A stretch of 64,000 nucleotides of DNA, taken from positions 5,269,131 through 5,333,130 of the forward strand of contig NC_068997.1 of the NCBI RefSeq assembly GCF_001194135.2, read 5' to 3'. Below the pieces are notes generated by a model. It was given only the letters and a program-made list of their open reading frames with translations, was not told where the DNA came from and ran no database searches. This document shows, piece by piece, positions 39,334 to 49,793 of the stretch; within the stretch, counting starts at the first letter, position 1, and every line of letters starts with the position of its first letter. The stretch comes from Octopus bimaculoides. Taxonomy: Eukaryota. The position numbers were made by a program, and so were the translations under genes.

Positions 39334-42300
39334 GTAAGTTGATTTCCCATCATCTTGATTCAGAGTTGTTCTCCTTTTAGTGTTATTCCCTTGGCTTTCT
39401 GTTTGTTTTAAACATCTGTAGTATAGCAGACAGAATGAGAGGACATGAAAGTGTGTTTGCAGTTAACTGTATTTTTATTGTTTACACTGCTTTTGCTGTA
39501 GATAGTTGTTTGACATCACTCATTCACAGGTATTTATCAATGGATGACCAACTCTGTTGAGTTCTTTTTTTTTTTTTTTTTTTTTTTTATGAGAAAATAT
39601 CAGGTACATATTCTTCATGGTGAGGTAAACTGAAGCAGTGTTGAAAAACATGCTTTACCTATAAAAAGAAAGCACTTGCACTGAATTTGAACACCCTTCC
39701 TTGCCATAAGTAGGTGTTTCAAAACCTTACTCGAGTGGGGTTTTTTTTTTTCCTGTGTCAGGAGCTACTTTAAAAAACATTTTGCTTACTCTTGTCTGAA
39801 CTAAAAAAAACCAATTGCGAGCTACTGAGATGCCACAAATGGTTGAGTTGATTGGCCATAATAATTCAGTCCACATAACTCTAAATAACTGCTGTAGTTG
39901 CAAATCTTATGAAAAATTTGTCACACACAAGACACCTTTGGCTTCTGGTGGGCAAACTCTTATTTAAATTCTTATAAAATTGTATTGTAATAAAACTGAA
40001 CTTTCCAGAGGACACGAGTACTTTTTAAGCTTCACAATGAATATGCTTCAATCTCTTGGTTACAGGTGCATTGAATTCTCTCTCTGCTTTTTCAATTGCT
40101 ACTGTGATGGCGTCTGCTTCTCCAGTCTTGCTGATTATGTATCATCTTCGTCCTTAGTATCTCCCAGGCCCTGCGATTACCATTTTTTCAGTCACACCTC
40201 CCCATTGTATTATCTTTCTGTATTTCTCTCTCTGCAAGTGCAAAAGCTATAATAATTCGTCTCTTGCCCTATAGAATTTACAATCTCATCAAAATGTATT
40301 CACTTTTGATGTTGGTTGTGTCCAGGAAAAATTTTTGAAATAGCAATTGATGATGTCGACTGTTCTAATGAAACACCAATTGATGATATCTACTGTTTAA
40401 GGGTTAATCAGACAGTCACAGTGCAAATGACTGATGACGAGGTAGTAGCAGCAGTGCTGCTGTCCAGTGGTAGATTGCAACAACACAAGATATCACTACC
40501 ATTAACAGCCACTAAATAATATGACACACCTGGTGTGGGTTCCATATACAGGGGAAAAGCTATAGAGAAATGTGATCTTTACTCTGCCTTTAACTTTCTC
40601 TATGAGTAGCACATCTTCTGTAATTCTCTGCCAAAATGTGAAGAAATCATTCACAGGTGACAGGTGGGTGATGGTATTCCCCTAACAAGCATTTTTGATT
40701 TATGGTAAATTTCTTACAGAATTCAACATACCTTCAGTTCAAGAACAAACATGGAATTACTAAGATATTTAAATTGTAGTTTTTGTGAAAGAGTATGTGC
40801 TGTGTTTTTTGTCCATCGGTGATAAAATGATAATGACTAGCTGGAAACAAGATCATCTGAAAGCTGCTAGATGTAGTAAACACTGTCTCCATAAGGGTAT
40901 TGCCAAATAGCCAGTATTAGGAGAATTAAGCAAAGGATGGTGGGTGAATCAGAAGTTTGAATGTTTCAGCATTTGGCAAAATTCAAGGCTAACAAGAAGC
41001 AGATATTGAAGATTGATTTTCAGAGAATCAGCATCACAGTGCTCCAGATTTATCAGCAAAAATAATTTGTATGGGAGCCAGAACGACAATTAGTCCTCTG
41101 CCCCTGAGGATAAGATGGCCAAGTTTTACATGTATCATATTTGATGCCAAAATATGCACAAGCATATAGATACACCTTAATTTGAGCAGTGCAAATCCAG
41201 GAAAAAGATTTTAGTGCATTAACTCTTCAGTATTCAGATTACTCTGTCAAATACGATGCTACTTATTTATCCACATTGTCTTGAATTCAATCATGTATTA
41301 TCTCATAGCTTTAAGATTTCAAAGATGTGATTGCTTATTTTTAGAATGACATTATAGAGTAGATGTAAGAGGCCAGATATGGCAAGTTTGAACATAAAGC
41401 AGGTAGAATATTTGGGTTGGATATGGCTGGTTTAAATGTTAAAGCATATAAGATAACCCCAACTCTGCATGTAGGACATGTGGTGTTTTCTTATTTGAGA
41501 CGTTTTGGTTGGTGGGAGTGTGTTATATGCCATCAAGTGCAGTAATCAATGGAAGAAAAGGAAATAATTTTCAACTTACACAGAAAACAAATCCGATGAG
41601 TTCCCTCTAATAAAGTTTAATACAATCCAAAGGTGCTAAGTCTAGAACTGCTAAAACATGAGGCTTGAGAACACATTAACGTAGATGTTTTAGTATTCTG
41701 TGATGATAGCACAAAACCTAACTTTTTTTTTTATACATAACCTTACCTAAGAAAGGACATTTTATGGAGTTTGTTGTTCATGTCTCTCTGAAAGCTTAGC
41801 TGGATGAAGGGGTAATGAAATTGAGTAGATAAAGTATGGGGCAGATGTTGTGATGGGTTGTTAAAGAATCTTGTCTTATTAGTTTCAGATGACTAAAGAC
41901 TTAGTTGAAATACCAAGTGTATTGCAGCCTTTAGATATCTCGTAGAGGTGGTTGTGAGAAATGTAGCATGAGTTAATGCCCTTGGTGGAGGAGGCGGTGT
42001 GTTTATTGTTTAAAGAAAATACTGACTTTCCAGATACTTAGAGCAGAGACATTCAGTTAAGAAAGTAGTTTGATATGAACAATGAGATGATGTAAGTTTA
42101 CTTAGTTCTAGTTTCCCAGGTTTGGCTGATGATGATAATTATTCACGCCTCCATGATATTTTTCCTTCCCCAGTTATTGTATTTCAGTGCTTGCCATTCA
42201 CTGAAATAACAGTTTATTTTGTGTTGCTTGCTATGTAATATTAATGTGATATTTGCTTTTTGTCTGCATGTATTGTATCTGTAGGAATTCATTTCCGTTT

Positions 42301-43147
42301 ATTGTTTTTTGCTGCTTGTACTAGTTTTTACCAATATATTTACTTTATTTCCATGTACCAGTATTCACTGATACCAATATATGGTATTTCTTTTCAGCTA
42401 TAGTAAATTTAATTTATTTTCCTTTCAAGGTTAGTATCATGTTACTATATATGATTTAATTCTTGATGCCAGTTTATTTTGTATTTATATGCATTAAATG
42501 TTTTTTCTCTACTCACAAAACAACTTTATAACTTACTAAATGTAAGATGAACCATGCTAAATTCCCAACATCACAAAGTGTCCTTGTAAGATAAGGGTGC
42601 ATGCAGAGGTATACCTTATCAGCCAGGTTAATAGAATACATTGACATGTTCAAAATTTTGTCTCCTGTTTTTATATACCAGTACAGAAGTGAAATCATTA
42701 CAGTTATGTTGTGTCTAGGCAAGGTTTATAATTCTGATGGACTCAGGTTAGTTGACTGACAAACTTGTTCCACCTTTACTTTACAGTTCTGTGGATTGTA
42801 TACCACAACACTGTCTTTCTTCTCTTTTTAACTCTTACGGCGGCCTAACTGTACTTCTGTAAGAATTGTGTCATAAATAGTTAATCCAAGGAATTAGTCT
42901 TCAGCAATGTGACTTTCTGCATTAATTTCTCATTTTTATATAAATGAGAATTATTGTTGGAAAATCCTTACTACTCTCTACCCTAGACTATTGAGTGTAA
43001 TTAGTTTGGAGCAAGCAGTCATATTCTTTGCCTAGGGTCACAGTATAGGCTCAATAGTAGAACTGCAGTTTGTCTGTCACTTCAGTTACCCTACTAATAT
43101 TGAATTACTAATTAATAAAATCCCCCAAAATATTTTATATTTTTCAG

Positions 43148-43843
43148 CTTGAATCTGAGCAAGCATCAAACAAGTTTGAAACTAATTCAGTTGCTATCAA
43201 CAAAAAGGGTTCTCAGAACAATCCAATGTCGAATCAACCATTGACATTTGATCCAAGTTTAGATAAAACTTGTAAACCTTCATCTCTGACTAGTAAACTA
43301 GAAGGCACTAAACATCTTGTGTTACAGACTGCTCAGAGTTCAACACCAATGCTGCTATCTTCAAATGTACAGTCAGGACACCTGCAGCACTTGAAACAGT
43401 TGCAGCTGTCACAACAACACAAACTGCAACTGAAAGCCCAACAGTCACAGGCTCAAACTCAGACATCACAACCTTCTACACTTAAATTGCAGCAGGGTAT
43501 TCAGATTCAACCATCGAAAATTTTGCAGAGCTCTTCACTGCAGCAGCCAACCAAGATGCTACAAAATCGGTGGGTTCAACAGATGAAGCTGTCTCATAAC
43601 CAACAATTGTTGCAGTCAGCTGCAAAGTTGACTCAGCAGTCACAGTCAGCTGGGAGATTACCAGCCACTCAGAATTCCCACAAATCACCTGCATCGACTC
43701 CTCCTCAAAAGACAGCATCTGGATTGAAGGGGACTGCAACACCTGCACTAACATCTCTCAAATCCAAACCAGATACTGGTCTGACTTCACCAATTGCTAG
43801 TCAGCAGTCCATTGATGACAAAACTATTGAACATAGAACTTAG
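43148..43843 (+). CDS. KANSL2: KANSL2 probable last coding exon (Gln/Ser/Thr-rich tail)
   Basis: Acceptor ttttcag|, phase 0, 231 open codons to TAG; contains PLTFDPSL (human PLLFDPSL). Confidence 0.78.
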   Translation, partial: LESEQASNKFETNSVAINKKGSQNNPMSNQPLTFDPSLDKTCKPSSLTSKLEGTKHLVLQTAQSSTPMLLSSNVQSGHLQHLKQLQLSQQHKLQLKAQQSQAQTQTSQPSTLKLQQGIQIQPSKILQSSSLQQPTKMLQNRWVQQMKLSHNQQLLQSAAKLTQQSQSAGRLPATQNSHKSPASTPPQKTASGLKGTATPALTSLKSKPDTGLTSPIASQQSIDDKTIEHRT

Positions 43844-43929
43844 TGTGTGTATGTATGTATGTGTGTGTGTGTGTGTGTATGTATATATATATATATACAC
43901 TCACACACACGTGCGTATACACTCACATT

Positions 43930-43966
<37 letters not shown>

Positions 43967-44095
43967 TTACCTTTCTCTCATCAGCAACTGTGTTGCTTTT
44001 CTTTTGCCTGCCTACTAGTTAAGTTTCTGCTGAAAGCAAGGCACAATAATTGCTAATTAGATTCATTTTGAAGCCTTTCTCTAATAATTGAAATT

Positions 44096-44101
44096 AATAA
44101 A
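44096..44101 (+). terminator. Candidate KANSL2 polyadenylation signal
   Basis: AATAAA about 250 nt after the stop, followed by GT-rich GTGGTTTGTGGTG. Confidence 0.4.
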
Positions 44102-46174
44102 GTGGTTTGTGGTGCTGTCAGTCAGTTAACAGAATTGGTGGAACAGAATTTTGTATGTTGGAGGTATGGGTTGTATCTGAACCCTAGACTGAATACATTT
44201 ACAATAGTGAGATATACTTCTGATTTCAAGTGTTGCTGGGATTGACATTTTTCATCTCTTTGTGGTGATAAAAGATGTATCAGTAATACAATGGTTTCAT
44301 ATGAGCTGTTCCTGAAGTAACTGGCTTTGTATTAGGAGATGAGAGTATTTGGTCAGTATAGATACATTTTAGTGGATTGTTTTTCTATCAATCACTTCTT
44401 TCTTCTCTATCTTTTATTTAACTGTTAACTTTAGCTGTCATAGGAACTATTCCTGAACATAGTATTTTTGTCTTAAGCCTGTAAAGATTTACTATTGCTG
44501 CCATTTCAAGCAGGCGGCCTAGAGCTTTAACTCTTATTTGCCAGTGATAATGAAACCCAGTCCTGGCCCAGTATTTTAAGTCATTTTATCCAAGTTATCA
44601 ACAAGTGAATAAGACCTTTGTTTTGCTGAATGAATGCTGTGGTTCTTTCTCTCTCCCTATCTGCTCCCTATTCTTCTTTTGTTCCCTCTCTTGACATTGC
44701 CTGGTTTGTGTGTTTTCTATAAATTACTATCTTCCTGTTATCTGGTTGCCAAATAAGCAGTTAGCTTAGCCAAACAGCAGTTCCAGGCTTGATTCTGCAG
44801 TAGTCTTCATTTGTTTCAGATAATTGAAATATATTTGGCATGAATAAATAATACTTCTGGATTTTTAGATGTAAAGTAAATATATAGATTTTCTCTTTAT
44901 ATTTTTAAACTCTTAACAATCTGTAGTTGCTATGAAGATGTCTCTTGATAAACAAAAGCAATCTTTCTACCAAGAATTTTAACATTCCACTTTCTACTAA
45001 TCAAAACTTTAAAAAATTCCCTTTTAAATGCTGCCTTTTTTTTTTTTTTTTTTTTTTTTNNNNNNNNNNNNNNNNNNNNNNNNNNNNNNNNNNNNNNNNN
45101 NNNNNNNNNNNNNNNNNNNNNNNNNNNNNNNNNNNNNNNNNNNNNNNNNNNNNNNNNNNNNNNNNNNNNNNNNNNNNNNNNNNNNNNNNNNNNNNNNNNN
45201 NNNNNNNNNNNNNNNNNNNNNNNNNNNNNNNNNNNNNNNNNNNNNNNNNNCACACACACACATATATACACAGTTCTTTTGAATTTTGTGAGCTGATATT
45301 TTTTTCTTTGTTGGGCTCTGAAAATCTGTAAAAAAAAATGTTTTATATCTGTTGTGAAGCTCAATTTTAATCTGCTATGCAAATACCCCACCCCCTCCCC
45401 ATGTTTACCCCTCTCCCTTAACTCATAGCACCCTTCTACCCATCCATTTTAAATAAGCTGAAATTTTAATGAAACTGCAATAAAACCAATTTTCTGGTGA
45501 CACTTGTTCATTTACTTGTGCTTTTCTTCCACTCTTTTTTGTAGCCTATTTGTCAAGAATCCAACCACTTCAGTTATACAGGCTGGAGTTGAATAATTGT
45601 AGGTGGCCACAAATTCACTGTGGGAAGTAGTGTAGTTTTGATAACAGCAGTCCTCCAATGGTGTCTGTACATTTGACTCTCAAGTCAGCTCTGATTGACC
45701 ACATAGCTCTGGCTATGACCGCCACCTAATATTATCTCCATACTTGTAAGAGGTACCACAGCAATAGAGTATGTAATTTGTTTAGCTCTTGGTCAGCTCT
45801 GATTAAAGCCATTCCAGATGTGAGCAACTACCAAACAACATCCATTAAGATTGTATAACTAGATGCTACTTCTAGTAAGTTGAGTGATGGCATACACACG
45901 CCATCAGACTGACTGACAGTCCATGCTGTTCCAGCAGGTTGTAACCATAACAAAGGGAAATCACTGTGTTGTTCCTGTCCTAATAGAACTAAAATAGTTA
46001 AAAATCTTAAATGAGCTCTGAACAAGATCTAGTGTTCCAACCATGAATAATCTATTAAAAAATTTTTTTTTTTTGTCATCTAATGTACCATAGAGATCCA
46101 TTCTTGAACCCCTATTGTGTTTTACATATACTAATGACATAGATACCAATTTGAATGTTACAGTGTTGAAATAG

Positions 46175-46960
46175 GCAACAGACATCAAGCTGTACCTTGA
46201 GATAATAACATCTATACACTATAGATCTTTCTTGCAATCAGACCTGGACACAATGCAGCAATGGATTACTAACTGGTAACTCAAAGCTAGCTGTGGACAA
46301 GTGCACTACTATGCATTTTGGGAAGAAAAACACAGCTTTTACATATTCTCCCTACAACACTAATCTTAAGTCTGCTAGTAAATATGACCTGGGCTTTATT
46401 GTCAAGTGATTCGCATTGAACAAGCCACATTTCTAAAATTGTCAAGAAAGCTGAAGGTGTCAGAGCATCACTCAGTAAGACTTTTGTTAGCCAGTCTCCA
46501 GCTATCTATTTGAAGCTGTATATGGCTATGGTATGTCCACACTGAGTTTGCATCATCAGTCTGGAACCCCTGTATTACTCAACATACCAATCTCCTGAAA
46601 ACTGTTCAGAAACATGCAACCAGATGACTACCTGCCGTTGGGCCTCTACCATTTTCTGAACATCTTGCTTCCCTAGGTATGGACACATTAAAGCTCTGTT
46701 GTCTGGCAACTGACTTGAAAGACAATCACAAAATTATCCCCCATCTTTTCTAATAGGCTTGGGTATCTTTTTGAATTCCATGTCTAACACTCATGGACAT
46801 GCTTACAAAATCAAAAGTCAATACAGCACCCATAACATTCAGAAACATTTTCTCAAGCTCAGAATTGCTGAAGCATGGAATAAACTACCCTCATAAGTAG
46901 GCTGTTTGGAAACTGCATCCTTCAAAACTTCCATGCTTCTTTAAATTCACCAACTGTACA
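46175..46960 (+). mobile_element. CR1-type LINE 3' fragment between the KANSL2 and FBXL7 3' ends
   Basis: DIKLYLE, LQSDLDTMQQW, LKLYMAMVCP, SVWNP, TVQK.ATR and LRIAEAWNKLP motifs, with frameshifts. Confidence 0.85.
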
Positions 46961-47557
46961 CCTGATGTCCCCACCCTCTCTTTTAAGGACTGTTCACTTC
47001 CTGTGTACTATTCATGCACATTCAACTGCTTTTAATGAGCTGTAGAGCACCAGAGCATTATATACATCTAACCCAGCCTGGTTAGAACCTTGCGAGTGAA
47101 TTTGGTAGGCAAAAACTGCACTACAGGAGCTTCTGTCTATGTCTTATTGTCTTGACGTGTGTTAGTTCTACAGAAATTGTAAACAAACGCCACAGTCATC
47201 CAAGTGATGCTGTTTGTAATCTGTCAGGAAAGTATTGCTTGGAAACAGATGAGGCTTAGCAACAGGAAGAGCAAGCTGTAAAAAAGTCTACCTCAATGAA
47301 TCCTGGACTGACTGAAACAATTATGGATAGGTAGACAAAAAAAAATTTTTAATACCACACATATGGCAAACATAATGATAGGAACTGAAGCTGGCATCTC
47401 TTGTTTAAGGTGGAGTAACATCATATGCCTTATAAAATTAGACAGGATAATTTGTATTTATCTGATAAATAGAAAAAATCAGCAATAATATGAAATATAC
47501 AAAAAATAATAATAGGCATTGTAGTGTTTTATTTATTTTTTTAAAATTTTTACTTCT

Positions 47558-48291
47558 TTAATAAAAACCAGGATTGGTGTGTTCGATGATGCAGAAATGA
47601 CAATTCTTTTTCACAGTCCGATAAGCATCAACAGACAGGTGACAGTCTTGAATGTTTAATTGTTGCAGATGGTGGCAATGTTCAGCCAACAACATAATTC
47701 CTCGGTCGGTGATTGCAAAGCAAGATTTCACACTCAAGCGTTTCAAATGTGGAGCATGTTTAGCTAAGATAAATAAACCTCTGTCCGTGATATCACATTT
47801 GCCAACATCCAAAGACCTAAGACGGTGGCATCGTTTGACGACACGCTCAAGTGAGTCATCAGATATGGCCTCGCAGCCACGACAGTTCAAGTAGCGCAGT
47901 TTCAGACTGTGCTGTGCAATGTATTTTATGCCAACATCTGAGATTTTGTCACACTTCGCTATACTCAAGTAGCGAAGATCAGGTTCCATTCGAGACAGTT
48001 CCATGATGCCAAAATCTGTGATGTTTGGGCAGTCGCTGATGCTAAGGTCTTTTAGGCCTGTACAACTAGCAGTAAGATGCTGCAAGCCTTTGTCTGTTAT
48101 TTGAGAGCATCGACGTAGGTACAGAAACTGGAGACGAGAACAGTGAAGGGCGAGAATCTCAAGTCCATTGTCGTCCAGATGACAACAATCTGACATATCT
48201 AAATATAACAGATAAACTTGTTGAAGGTAGTGGGCTGATGGTCGTACAAGGATTGAGTTGGCTAAACTGATGGACGTGATATTCAAACAGC
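47558..48291 (-). CDS. FBXL7: FBXL7 last coding exon (leucine-rich repeats)
   Basis: GCLNITSISL...LYLDMSDC...LYLRRC...LRYLSIAKC...CIIEHTNPGFY matches the human FBXL7 C-terminus CVIEHTNPAFF; acceptor ttttccag|, phase 1. Confidence 0.96.
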
Positions 48292-48529
48292 CTGGAAAAC
48301 AATTGAAAATATCATTATTAATATTATCATTAGTGACAGGTGGTAGAGGACAAGACAAAAGTAGTGGTAATAAATTAAGTAGCTTTACCTCCTAAGTCCA
48401 AATGTAGACTTTGCTTTTTGTCATTCTGGAGTTAGAGAAAAAATACTAGGGGATGGTGTAATCAATAAATAATCCTCTGCCAAATAAATGAGGATTTTGG
48501 TCCTTGTAAATCATTGCCTTTATCATTAT

Positions 48530-48917
48530 TAAGGAGATGAGCTGGCAAAAATCATTAGCATTTCTTCCAGCTCTTTATGTCCTGACTTCAACTTACCCTT
48601 TCATTCTTTCAGGGTCATCTAATTAAGAACCATCTGAATGCTGGAGTTAATGTAATCAACTGGCCCCTCCCCACAAAATTTCAGGCCTGTAGCAGAAAGA
48701 ATTATTAAGGTGGCAAGCCAGTAAAATTGTTATTGCATTGTTATTGCTTAGTGGTATTTCTTTGGCTTTTTACATTCTGAGTTTAAATTCTGTTGAGGCC
48801 AGCTTTGCCTTTCATTCTGCTTTGGCTGACAAAATAAGTAGCAGTTGAGTACAGGAGTCAATGTAATTGGCTATCCCCCACCCAAATTGCTGGCATTAAG
48901 CTAAAATTTGAAAACAA

Positions 48918-48956
<39 letters not shown>

Positions 48957-49190
48957 GGTGGTGAGCCAGCAGAATTGCAAACATGTCAGATAAAATCTTT
49001 AGTAGCACTTGCTCTTTCCATTCCGAGTTCAAATTCTGCCAAAGTCAACTTGACCTTTCATCCTTTCAGGATTGATAAAATAAGTAGCAGTTGAGTACTG
49101 AGGAATAGGTTTGTGTGTGAATTAAATTGACTAGCCCCTCCCCTACAAAATTATTCCAGGCCTTGTGCCTGTATTAGAAAAAAATATTAT
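48530..49190 (+). mobile_element. Three head-to-tail copies of one SINE-like family in the FBXL7 intron
   Basis: Each starts AAGG(A/T)G..GAGC/AAGC, carries GAGTT.AAATTC..TTTGCCTTTCAT and ends in (ATT)n; related copies near 12230, 17690, 34870 and 56800. Confidence 0.75.
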
Positions 49191-49500
49191 TGGACAGGCA
49201 ATATTTCTATACTCCCCACCACTACCACAAATTTACGACCACAAACTTTTTTAAGCAAAAGGATGGATATACTGAATAGAAATTTATCTTTCAGTTTCAA
49301 TTTCAGCCCAGGGCTATAGTAGAAGACACTCAAGGTGGGACTGAACTTGAGATCTCATGGTTAGGAGACTACATATCCTTGTCTGCATCATTTTATATAT
49401 AATTTACACAATAGAAAATTGTTAAATGATTATTTAATAAATGAAGTATAGAATTTGGGTTTATTTTTCACATTTTTTAAAAATAATTTTATTTTTGTAG

Positions 49501-49793
49501 TACATTATGTGCTGCATTTAGGCACTCTTTGCACCACTCTCACCAGATCTTGTGACGCCCTTGGCTATATCTTGCACAACCCAATTTTACGACTTGTAGC
49601 ATACAGGGCCATATCTTATTGCATACAAGGTCATATCTTATGGCACACAGGACCATATCTTGTGGCACAATGGGCTACATTCTGTGCAACCCTTGGCCAC
49701 ATCCTGTGCCAGCCTCAGCCACATCCTGTGCCACTCTTGGCCACATTTTGCACCACCCAAAGACACATTTTGTGACATATTTGGGAACCACCG
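49501..49793 (+). repeat. Degenerate 22-bp tandem array (about 13 units) ending in a hAT/Charlie-like terminus
   Basis: Units such as CACATCCTGTGCCACTCTTGGC and CATATCTTGTGGCACAATGGGC; ends TTGGGAACCACCG. Confidence 0.75.

Noticed and set aside
40316-40519. Acidic ORF (EIAIDDVDC...MTDDEVVAAV) as a missing KANSL2 exon carrying the WDR5 motif
   Set aside because: Its acceptor gives phase 1 whereas exon 8 ends in phase 0; TDDEVV resembles a pogo/Tigger transposase tail
21552-43147. Intronic H/ACA snoRNAs like the SNORA2 family hosted by human KANSL2
   Set aside because: No recognisable two-hairpin H/ACA structure by eye; a weak C/D-like TGATGA...CTGA near 38323-38457 lacks terminal stems. An Infernal/Rfam scan would be decisive.
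49501-49793. CRISPR-like array
   Set aside because: Units are contiguous and degenerate with no unique spacers; eukaryotic context with no cas genes
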